The notes beneath the pieces were generated by a model. It ran no database searches. It saw only the letters and a program-made list of their open reading frames with translations, and was not told where the DNA came from. A stretch of DNA of 64,000 bases, taken from an uncultured Acidobacteriota bacterium. Its GTDB lineage: Bacteria; Acidobacteriota; Blastocatellia; RBC074. Shown piece after piece: positions 1-8,128 of this stretch. The DNA lies in the NCBI GenBank assembly GCA_963743425.1, contig CAVUPU010000001.1, forward strand, positions 302,003 to 366,002, in the 5' to 3' direction. The position numbers and the translations under genes were made by a program. Numbering within the stretch: the first letter of the stretch is position 1; every line of letters begins with the position of its first letter.

Positions 1-1187
1 AATTACGACCCGCTGACCGGCACGCTGGCTTCGTTCGGCACATACGCGGTTGGTTTCATCGCGCGCCCCATCGGAGGCGTCGTCTGTGGCCATTTCGGTG
101 ACCGGATCGGGCGCAAGTCCATGCTGATTTTCACGCTGCTGCTGATGGGCGTGGCGACGGCGTTGATCGGACTGCTTCCGACCTATGACCAGATCGGCGC
201 CTGGGCGCCGGCGCTCTTGATCGTGTTGCGGCTCGCCCAGGGCTTCGCGGTCGGCGGGGAATGGGGCGGCGCGGTGCTGATGGCTGTCGAGCATTCACCG
301 AAAGGCCGACGCGGCTTTACGGAAGCTGGCCGCAGGTCGGAGTCCCCGTCGGTCTGCTGCTTTCGACCGGCGTCTTCGCTCTGATCTCGAAACTGCCTGA
401 AGACACTCTCTTCTCGTGGGGATGGCGTGTCGCGTTTCTATTGAGCATTCTGCTTGTCGGCGTGGGTCTGTATATCAGACTGGCGATGACTGAACCGCCC
501 GCGTTCGCTGAAATCAAACAAACTGGCGCCGCATCGAGAGTGCCGATCCTCGATGCAGTGCGCCAGCATCCGAGGAATGTAATTCTGGCGATGGGCGCCA
601 GGGTGGCGGAGAACGGGGCGTTTTATCTCTACACGGTCTTCATCCTGACCTACGCCACGCAACCGCAAATCGGGTTTTCCAAATCGTCAGTCCTCATCGC
701 CATCGCGCTGGCAGCCATCGTTGAAATCTTCGCAATTCCTACTTACGGCTGGCTGTCTGACAGATTGGGCCGCAGGCCGGTCTATCTCTTCGGGGCGATC
801 TTCACCGCAATATTCGCCTTCCCGTTTTTCTGGCTGGTCGAAACATCAAGAGTGAGCCTGATGACGCTGGCCGTCGTGGGCGCGCTCGCGGGCGGACACG
901 CGGCGATGTACGGGCCACAGGCGAGCTTCTTCTCCGAACTCTTCGGGACGCGGGTTCGTTACAGCGGCGCTTCGCTCGGCTACCAGCTCGCTTCGGTCAT
1001 CGCGGGCGGGCTTTCGCCTCTCATCGCCACCGGACTGCTTCAGCGTACCGGCGCCTCCTGGCCGATTGCGCTGTTTATCGTGGGGATGGCGGCTGTGACC
1101 ACGGTTTCGGTTTTTCTGGCGATTGAGACCGCGCACGGAGAGATCACTGCTGAGTCGGGTGTTGGTCAGGCTGAGATGAAGAGGTAG
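1..1187 (+). pseudogene. MFS transporter (metabolite:H+ symporter, ProP/KgtP-like); 5' end lies outside the window and the frame is broken near 316-318
   Basis: Frame 1 reads ...GHFGDRIGRKSMLIFTLLLMG...LAQGFAVGGEWGGAVLMAVEHSPKGRRGF. The protein then continues in frame 3 as YGSWPQVGVPVGLLLSTG..., with further TM segments to the stop at 1187. The break is at a TTT run where TTTT would restore ...RRGFYGSW. Confidence 0.8.
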
Positions 1188-1212
1188 GTGCCGGGGAGAG
1201 ATTACATCAAGG

Positions 1213-1680
1213 CTATTCAAAGGCGGACGGGATGAAGAACTCAGGCGAGACCTGGAAGAATTTCGCCAGATTTTTGATTTGAGTTTTGCTGGGTTTGCGT
1301 TTGCCGCTGATGACCTCAGACGTCACGCCGCTGGATCCGAGAATCGGTTCGAGGTCTTTATTGCGCAAGCCGCGATCCTGCATAAAGCCCTTGATCATCA
1401 CGTGTGGCGGCGCATCCGGAATCGGATGGTGTTCGTCTTCATAGACCTCGATCAGCGTCGAAAGCAGATCCAGCAATCGGCTCTCTTCCAGCGACAGATT
1501 CTTTTTTACCGCCAGCCTGTCCACAATGGCCGTATTCCGTTCCAACTCTTCTTCGTTGGTGATCGCGGCGGGCAAAGTCTCCGTCAGCAGTTCGGCGTAT
1601 TTGCGCCGATTGAATCTTCGTGCGGTCGCTCGCGCTGGTTTGCCGGCTTTTGAGCTCTTTTTAGTAACAGTGGCATTCAT
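1213..1680 (-). CDS. higA: HigA-type antitoxin (XRE-family HTH at the C-terminus)
   Basis: 155-aa ORF that overlaps the upstream small toxin ORF by 20 nt. The C-terminal segment LRNKDLEPILGSSGVTSEVISGKRKPSKTQIKNLAKFF looks like an HTH_3-type helix-turn-helix. Toxin first, antitoxin second is the HigBA gene order. Confidence 0.75.
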   Translation of the reverse strand: MNATVTKKSSKAGKPARATARRFNRRKYAELLTETLPAAITNEEELERNTAIVDRLAVKKNLSLEESRLLDLLSTLIEVYEDEHHPIPDAPPHVMIKGFMQDRGLRNKDLEPILGSSGVTSEVISGKRKPSKTQIKNLAKFFQVSPEFFIPSAFE

Positions 1681-1987
1681 TCTTCCAATCCTCCGTGTCG
1701 TATTGCTTGTGCGTCATGACCTTGAGCACAAAGACGCGCTGCATTTCGTAACGCACTCCGGCAATCAAGCGGTAATGGTTGCCCTTGATATTGAAGACCG
1801 TGCATGCGCCCACCGGATCGGCGTGCCTGAAATCCATCCGCACGTCAGCCAGCGTCTTCCAGGCGGCTTTCTTTGCGACACGATACCAATGCAATAGCGG
1901 GTCTTTCGCCTCCGGGTGCTTTTCCCAGAATTCTCTCAATCTTCGCTTGCTGATGACTCGCAAGGCCGCGTCCGCTCCTTTCATCAA
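1661..1987 (-). CDS. higB: HigB-type toxin (RelE/ParE superfamily mRNA interferase)
   Basis: 108-aa ORF containing LREFWEKHPEAKDPLLHWYRVAKKAAWKTLADVRMDFRHADPVG...VFNIKGNHYRLI, which is typical of the HigB_toxin family. It lies directly upstream of, and overlaps, the HTH antitoxin gene. Confidence 0.8.
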   Translation of the reverse strand: MMKGADAALRVISKRRLREFWEKHPEAKDPLLHWYRVAKKAAWKTLADVRMDFRHADPVGACTVFNIKGNHYRLIAGVRYEMQRVFVLKVMTHKQYDTEDWKNECHCY

Positions 1988-2057
1988 CGCGCATCCATCC
2001 TCTCAAATCTGAGAGGGAGAGTCAACGCGAAGCTCCTAGAGCGCCTGTCAAGTATTG

Positions 2058-2228
2058 TTTTGCGGCTATGCCGCCCGATGTGCGATAGGTCTCCGACCTA
2101 TCGGGAAGAGTGTTTTTTCCTTCCGGGCTATGCCCCTAATGTTTTCGGGCATAGCCCGGTAAGAAAAGAGCCTGATTACGCGGAAGGGCCGCAGCCACTT
2201 CCGCACATCGGGCGGCATAGCCGCAAAA
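2058..2228. repeat. MITE/REP-like element: perfect 27-bp terminal inverted repeats around two internal hairpins
   Basis: ttttgcggctatgccgcccgatgtgcg (2058-2084) is the exact reverse complement of 2202-2228. Internal hairpins are ataggtc-tcc-gacctat and ccgggctatgccc-N11-gggcatagcccgg. A third, solo copy of the arm lies at 8087-8128. Confidence 0.7.
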
Positions 2229-2242
2229 ATTTGTTTTGGCTG

Positions 2243-2527
2243 TCAGGCGGCTTCGTCCCGCAAGTTGAAATACTGATCGATCAGATAGCGATAGTCGTCA
2301 AAAGCCCCGGCCCATTTCAGGAAATCGCGGCTGTCGTCCATCAAGCCTGCTTTGAATCGGGCGAAGAACTCAATCGTCGTCAGGCCGTACTGCTGCTCAA
2401 AAGCGTTGAGTTCGGCAATAACCGCATCAAGGCTCTCCTGCATGTCAAGGGGCTTGCTCAGCGCGTCACGAAGCGCGGGAATTTGCGACGTACCGCCTTT
2501 TTTATAACTGATTTTGATTTTCGCCAT
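2243..2527 (-). CDS. Hypothetical small protein (94 aa)
   Basis: Clean ORF in the island between higBA and the TIR-STAND gene. I recognised no family. Confidence 0.4.
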   Translation of the reverse strand: MAKIKISYKKGGTSQIPALRDALSKPLDMQESLDAVIAELNAFEQQYGLTTIEFFARFKAGLMDDSRDFLKWAGAFDDYRYLIDQYFNLRDEAA

Positions 2528-2652
2528 ACTCGCTATTTCACCTCGCGCGCCAGCATATCGCTTGCCAGCGCTTGCGGCAAAGAAAATGGCGAACGGAATT
2601 CCGTATCATTCATAGCCGAGGTCATCCGCGCTCTCAGCGTGAGCGCCCTGGG

Positions 2653-5600
2653 TCAATCCTCTTCCTCTTCTTCCTCGGCAAACAACCGCGCCAGACTGGG
2701 ATCGCGCTCAATGTGGTACTCGCGGAGGATGGCTGTGTAGGCGGCCAAGCGGTCAGCGGCTCTGGAACATTGATCTGCAATCTCACGTGACTCACGATAT
2801 GAATTCAACCTGGCAAGAAGCGATGCTAGCCGCCCACCTGACATTGATCTGTATATCTCTATGTTGATTTTCCCAATAGCTGTCCGCACTTCATCTATAA
2901 TCTCTTTGGCCTCTCTGACGCAGTTTGAATCAAGCCAAGCGTTTGCTGCTGCGATTTGAGCATTGGTACGTTGATACCAATCCTCAATCCCATGGCTTAT
3001 GTGTAGCGCTTCCTCTGGTTGTCCAGCTTTGGCAAAAGCTTCAGCGATAAATGCCAGAGTGGTTGCACGCTCTTCAGCCTCCCCGACTTTGAGAGCAATA
3101 GAGAGCGATTCGACCATTTTTCCAGATTCGGCGAGCACTTGAGCTATGGTAGAAAGAGCGAGCGAGCGAATTCTGGCGTGGTCAATTTCATTCACGACAT
3201 TCAGCGCTTCATCTACTTGTCCCGCCTTGATCAAAGCCTCGGCGAGGTCTTTCTGTATCGAACCACTATGGAGATTTGACTTCATCTCACGGGCAGCCTG
3301 CAATGCTTGATCTGTCAAACCTAGCCTGACCAGGATTGCGATGATATGAGTCATGCTACTTGAGCGCGTGAAAGAATCTTCAATACCTTGAACGATCCTT
3401 AATGCCTCGTTCGCTACAGACTCAGCCTGGGACTTTTGGTGACTTGTTATAAGAGCATGGGCGATTCTTGATAAAGCGAAAACGCTAGAAGATTTCTCTT
3501 CAATCTTGCTTGTGGCTTTCAACGCTTCGTCAATCACCTGCTGAAATAGCGCGGTCAACTGGCCGTCTACCAATGACCCGGCAAGTATTGAGAGGGCATA
3601 AGCCTGGCCATCAGCCGACTCAATCTCGCAAACAGCATTCAAAGCATCCACTGTGATCCGCTCTGCCTCGTCTATTTGACCAGTTTTAGCCAGAGCCTTG
3701 ATAATGGACGACAGTAGGTTGGCGCGCGCCTCGGCGTCATTGAACCTGCGACTTTCGCGCAAAAGCACTTCAACTTGACCATCTTTGACGAGAGGTTCAA
3801 CAAGGTTTGTTAGTGCTTGAGCGCTCGCATATTCGTCTTCAATCTCGCGGGCCACCTGCATTGCTTCGTTTGCCAACCCAACTTTGGCCGCTACCTTATT
3901 GATAAAAGACAAGCTGCGAACAAGATCATTGGTTTTCTTAACTTCACTGACAGCACCTAGGGCTTCAACCACGGATTGTCGTGCACCATTAACTTGCCTC
4001 CTTTTGATTAATATTTTTGAGATAGCAAGCATCGCACTCGCACGAGCGTTGGCATCTGCAATCTCGCGGGCGGTTTGTAGCGCCTCATCTGCTCCGCGAC
4101 AAAGTGTTAAGGTAAGGAACCAGTTTCTACAACCTTCTTCTCCATTGATTGGGACGAAGGAAACCGAGACTAAGTCAGGACCTTGAGGCAGAATCTTTTC
4201 AATTTGATACTCAGCGCGCTCATCCCAGGTAATAAATTCAATTTCCGCGGCGGTCAGTTCTGCGCCTCTCTCGTTCAACCAGCGTTGCGCGTCGTCGCGC
4301 TCTCCGCCATGCAAAAGCCATTTGTCGTCGCGCTCCTTTTGTTCCCACACCTTCCTTCGAGAATCTAAGCGCCGCCGCCACATCAAAAAATCACGATCGC
4401 TGTCCAATGCTCCTCGCAATTTCTCCCACCGGCGAATCAGCGCTTCGTGCGCTACTTCAATCGTCTCTGCGCCAGTGCCCTCTTCGCACTTAGTAACGAG
4501 CAGGCGTTTACTAATAATCTCTTGCAAAACGGCGCGCTCCGTATCCGGCAATTCGCTCAATGGCAGCCGCAAGCGCGTATCCGCCTCATCCTCTTCGCCC
4601 GCCACGCGCACGAGCCGGGTGAGCGCTCGCAAGGCCAACGCTTGCTCGGCTTCCGGCAACGCGTGCAACACCGCATCGGCGTGTTGGCTGATCGCGCCCT
4701 CCACCTTGCCGACCGCTTCGTACAGCGTGTAGTCGAACACGCGGCTCTGCCGGTTGCGCCACATCTCTTTCAGCGCATATTCCAGCAGCGGCAGACTGTC
4801 GGGTTGCGCGGCGACCTCTTGCAGGATGAGGTTGACCAATCCCTGTTCAAATTCCAATCCGGCGTACCGCGCTGGTCCGGTGATGATGTCTTCCAGATCG
4901 GTGTTTGTGAGCGGGCGGTGGCTGATGATGCCTTCATCCAACAACTGGCTGAAGGTGGGCGAAAAGCTCTGCGCTCGCCCCATAAAATCAGCGCGCAGCG
5001 TGAGCAGGATCGTCACAGGCGCTACGTCTTTCACCGCCAACAACACGTCGAGAAAGGCGCGGCGGTCGCGTTCAGTGCAGAGTGTGAATAGCTCTTCAAA
5101 TTGATCTACGACCAAGAGCAGACGGCCGTTGGGCGCGGCGACTGTGTGGTGAACGGCGTTGACCAGTCGCCGCGCATCTTTGAACTCGGCGGCCAGTTTT
5201 ATCGCCTGATTGACATTGGGGCTTGGGGTGGCTTGCGGTTGCCAGTGCCATACAAATCCAGCGGCTAGGTTCAAAAACGGATTATCGCCGGGCGCGAAGA
5301 GGAGGATCTCCCACGGCTGTGTGGCGCACCGTAAACGTGGGAAGAGACCGGCTTGGACAACAGAGGATTTACCGCTGCCGGATGGGCCAATGACAGCGAC
5401 GAATGACTTGACTTGCACCTTCTGCAAGATAGCTTCGGCAAAGGCATCGCGTCCGAAAAAGAGGTGTTTGTGATTTTCAGTGAAGGCTTCGAGACCGAGG
5501 TAGGGGGAATCGCCTGCAGGTAGCGCGGGCGGAGCTTTTTGCGTTTCGAGTTCCAGCATTAAGGGATTGGGCTGAGATTGCTTAAACAGAGACTCAATTT

Positions 5601-6030
5601 CATCTACCAGTTCGGAAAGGACTCGATCAATATCGTCGCCTTTGTTGTATTGTGCGAGCGGTTTGCCATCGGTAGGACGCACTTGCAACCGGCTGAGCCA
5701 TTCTTCCTTTTTCCAAGAGCACGAGCGAACAATAAGCGGAAAAACCTTCATCCCATCCCTGATGCGGCGTTGCATGATAACTGGCACTTCTTCATCACGG
5801 ATGAAATTGGAGCGGAGGAAATCAACCGAGATGAGCAGGATGGCAGCTTGTGCGGATTCGAGCGCCGTCTTGATTTCTGCGCGCCATTCCGAGCCGACTG
5901 CGATTTGTCTATCTTCCCAGAAGCTTAGATAGCCCCGCATAGCTGATACTTCCAGATGTCTCTGCAAGCGGTTCTTCCACTTCTTTTCGTCAAGGTGGCT
6001 GTAACTAATAAAGACTTTCGGTGTATTCAT
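2653..6030 (-). CDS. TIR domain / STAND P-loop NTPase / HEAT-like repeat protein (about 1125 aa); candidate NLR-like immune sensor
   Basis: N-terminus MNTPKVFISYSHLDEKKWKNRLQRHL...AAILLISVDFLRSNFI is TIR-like. Walker A is [23 protein letters not shown] and Walker B is LLLVVDQFEELF. The C-terminal roughly 600 aa are about 12-14 degenerate repeats of about 38 aa (A..AREI.D...R..AL..IA..L...G). Start set at the ATG at 6030, which has AGGA 9 nt upstream. The longer ORF to 6249 adds no recognisable domain. Confidence 0.8.
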   Translation of the reverse strand: MNTPKVFISYSHLDEKKWKNRLQRHLEVSAMRGYLSFWEDRQIAVGSEWRAEIKTALESAQAAILLISVDFLRSNFIRDEEVPVIMQRRIRDGMKVFPLIVRSCSWKKEEWLSRLQVRPTDGKPLAQYNKGDDIDRVLSELVDEIESLFKQSQPNPLMLELETQKAPPALPAGDSPYLGLEAFTENHKHLFFGRDAFAEAILQKVQVKSFVAVIGPSGSGKSSVVQAGLFPRLRCATQPWEILLFAPGDNPFLNLAAGFVWHWQPQATPSPNVNQAIKLAAEFKDARRLVNAVHHTVAAPNGRLLLVVDQFEELFTLCTERDRRAFLDVLLAVKDVAPVTILLTLRADFMGRAQSFSPTFSQLLDEGIISHRPLTNTDLEDIITGPARYAGLEFEQGLVNLILQEVAAQPDSLPLLEYALKEMWRNRQSRVFDYTLYEAVGKVEGAISQHADAVLHALPEAEQALALRALTRLVRVAGEEDEADTRLRLPLSELPDTERAVLQEIISKRLLVTKCEEGTGAETIEVAHEALIRRWEKLRGALDSDRDFLMWRRRLDSRRKVWEQKERDDKWLLHGGERDDAQRWLNERGAELTAAEIEFITWDERAEYQIEKILPQGPDLVSVSFVPINGEEGCRNWFLTLTLCRGADEALQTAREIADANARASAMLAISKILIKRRQVNGARQSVVEALGAVSEVKKTNDLVRSLSFINKVAAKVGLANEAMQVAREIEDEYASAQALTNLVEPLVKDGQVEVLLRESRRFNDAEARANLLSSIIKALAKTGQIDEAERITVDALNAVCEIESADGQAYALSILAGSLVDGQLTALFQQVIDEALKATSKIEEKSSSVFALSRIAHALITSHQKSQAESVANEALRIVQGIEDSFTRSSSMTHIIAILVRLGLTDQALQAAREMKSNLHSGSIQKDLAEALIKAGQVDEALNVVNEIDHARIRSLALSTIAQVLAESGKMVESLSIALKVGEAEERATTLAFIAEAFAKAGQPEEALHISHGIEDWYQRTNAQIAAANAWLDSNCVREAKEIIDEVRTAIGKINIEIYRSMSGGRLASLLARLNSYRESREIADQCSRAADRLAAYTAILREYHIERDPSLARLFAEEEEEED

Positions 6031-6420
6031 TGCCCAATTCCTGAACTGGCTTGATTGTTGAGCGCGCGATGCAAGCCACGTTATCGGCTGCGATGTTGGC
6101 GCCCACGCCGCGGTTGGTGAAAGGCTTCGGCGCGTAACCCACAGGCTTGGCCTCCTGAAAAAGTGTCTGTTACTTCGCCGCAAAGGATAAGCCTTGATCG
6201 CAAGGGGCGCAATCTTTTGTTGGCTTCTTCTTCGGAGCGTCTCGATCAAGCGACAAGCATTGAGTCACTATCTTCACGATGCCACGACCTTGCGTCGTGT
6301 AGGCTCATGTTTCGAGCTACAGTCAGTATACCGCGAATTCGCGAATGACCAATATCAAATCTCAAATGGACAATGGCAAATGGAACTCTTCGTCCATTTC
6401 GTGATCTACTAACTGTATCT

Positions 6421-6563
6421 ACCGGCTTCTCCTGCCCATTGGGTTATTTGTCGTGGGCATGGCGGACGTGACCACGGTTTCGGTTCTCCTGGCGATCGAG
6501 ACCGCTCACGTGGAGATCACTGCCGAATCAGGTGTTGATCAGGCCGAGAGTGCCAGCGAGTAA
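6421..6563 (+). pseudogene. Orphan relic of an MFS-transporter 3' end, a diverged duplicate of 1037-1187
   Basis: It encodes ...PIGLFVVGMADVTTVSVLLAIETAHVEITAESGVDQAESASE*. The intact gene end reads WPIALFIVGMAAVTTVSVFLAIETAHGEITAESGVGQAEMKR*. Nucleotide identity by eye is about 80-85% over about 145 bp. Confidence 0.75.
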
Positions 6564-6591
6564 ACGTTCATCTGAGAAGGCCAGATCACTC

Positions 6592-8055
6592 CTAAGTTTG
6601 CCTTTTTCTGGTTATAAGTTCTCGGTGTGATTGCATTTCTTCGTAGGGCACATAAGTAGATACCTTTTTTTTGCTAATGTCGGACCTGTCAATAGGCCAG
6701 TCGAGTACAGCAAGTAGCATACGCTCTACGACCAATTGCAAGTGCAGGGTTGCAGTGAACAGCGCCTGATGTTTTTCTCTATCAAACGTTTCTCCATGAA
6801 CAATTCGGTTTCTGATGGAAGATAGCGATAACCCGCCAGCGTTACCAGTGACAGGCCATAGGTCAGCCACATCCACAGAATAATTTTCGCAGAACGCATT
6901 GAACGCAGTAGCAAAGGAGATGCGGTTCAGGTCTCCTAGCTTAGATTGAATTAGCTGATATTTTTCAGGGTTTTGAGCTAGTGATTCGTGACCTTGCAAC
7001 CACTGTCTCAAATCACAACTAAATCGCTTCCATTCCTTTGAAGAAAATACTTGTTCAAGCCCATGCTTTTTGCGATAGGCAAGCACAAGCGTTTCAACGG
7101 CTGCATATAAAGCCATAAACCGCTTCTCTGTAGTTACACTTTCTCTAGGCACTGCAGCGTATATAGCCTGCCTTATACTTTCCTTGCCTTCAAATCCAAT
7201 AAAATTCTTGTACGCTGTGTTGATGAAATCCCGGCAATCAGCGAGGTCGATTAACTCATCTCCTCTTCTCCCCCTTCTTTTCTTTACTTTAGGAATAACT
7301 ATCTCTCTCCGATAGAACTCAAGGCAGATTTTTGAGTTTACAATGTCCCATCCATGGCAGACACACCGCTCTCTCGAAGCAAGGGAAACTAGCAGTAAAA
7401 AGTCATCCAGATCGTGTCTTAGCTCGTTTATCCTCGCAGAATTAACAGCTTCATCGCCAATCTCAAACTCACCTACCAGTTCTGTGAATGTTAAGAACTC
7501 ACTATCTCCAAGCTCTTCGTATAGATAACGATTCTTGAATTCCAGGTGAACGCCATTGCAAAGAGTGAATTCTTGCTGCCAGACAGTTTTCACCTCGACC
7601 GCGCCCGTATACGACCGCATTATTGATCCAGCGGGGGCTAAGAGATTATTCGGCGTAATCCAAAAGCGCCCATGGGACTTGTTTTCTGAATCACGCGGGG
7701 AGAGAAAATTTATAACCTCAAGATTTAGAGGCTTACTGGTTAGAGGAGATACCTCTATAAGTTCAGATCCCCAATATCGCGAAGCAATTCCGGTCGTCGA
7801 CCACACTTCATCTGCCTGAATCTTCGTACTTATGCTGCCTGATAGGTCTTTTATTTCTCCCTGCAAAGAATATATGGGCAAGATGGCCTCATTAATAATA
7901 TCCACTTGGTCATTCGATGGGCAGAATTGTAGAAAAAATGGGTCAGAGAATCTTTTCGGCAAATAAACTTTACAAGAAACCCTCTCAACTACCGCGTCTC
8001 CATTCTTCAAAGTAACGTACAAGTGATAGTTTTCTTTTTTTACTTGTTTTGCCAT
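6592..8055 (-). CDS. Low-GC hypothetical protein with a C-terminal HEPN-type Rx4H motif (ApeA-like architecture suspected)
   Basis: 487 aa from MAKQVKKENYHLYV. The motif LSLSSIRNRIVHGETF (R-N-R-I-V-H) lies in an alpha-helical C-terminal region. The gene is clearly more AT-rich than its neighbours. The longer ORF to 8121 runs into a REP-like repeat. Confidence 0.55.
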   Translation of the reverse strand: MAKQVKKENYHLYVTLKNGDAVVERVSCKVYLPKRFSDPFFLQFCPSNDQVDIINEAILPIYSLQGEIKDLSGSISTKIQADEVWSTTGIASRYWGSELIEVSPLTSKPLNLEVINFLSPRDSENKSHGRFWITPNNLLAPAGSIMRSYTGAVEVKTVWQQEFTLCNGVHLEFKNRYLYEELGDSEFLTFTELVGEFEIGDEAVNSARINELRHDLDDFLLLVSLASRERCVCHGWDIVNSKICLEFYRREIVIPKVKKRRGRRGDELIDLADCRDFINTAYKNFIGFEGKESIRQAIYAAVPRESVTTEKRFMALYAAVETLVLAYRKKHGLEQVFSSKEWKRFSCDLRQWLQGHESLAQNPEKYQLIQSKLGDLNRISFATAFNAFCENYSVDVADLWPVTGNAGGLSLSSIRNRIVHGETFDREKHQALFTATLHLQLVVERMLLAVLDWPIDRSDISKKKVSTYVPYEEMQSHRELITRKRQT

Positions 8056-8086
8056 ATCTGGTGAATCCGACGGAATGGCACAGCCA

Positions 8087-8128
8087 TTTCCGCACATCGG
8101 GCGGCGTAGCCGCAAACACATTTCAAGA
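8087..8128. repeat. Solo copy of the 2058-2228 repeat arm
   Basis: ggcacagccatttccgcacatcgggcggcgtagccgcaaaca matches ggccgcagccacttccgcacatcgggcggcatagccgcaaaaa at about 38 of 42 positions. Confidence 0.6.

Noticed and set aside
1916-2740. 274-aa plus-strand ORF spanning 1916-2740.
   Set aside because: It runs antisense through higB, the MITE-like repeat and the 94-aa gene. Its translation contains repeat-derived junk such as PHIGRHSRK.
6031-6249. N-terminal extensions of predicted ORFs. These are 2653-6249 (73 extra aa), 6592-8121, 12541-14028, 37814-39022, 40781-41641, 54420-55100 and 60058-61962.
   Set aside because: The extensions carry no domain signal, often read through palindromic repeats or the upstream gene, and internal ATGs with better RBS and a signal-peptide or domain onset are available.
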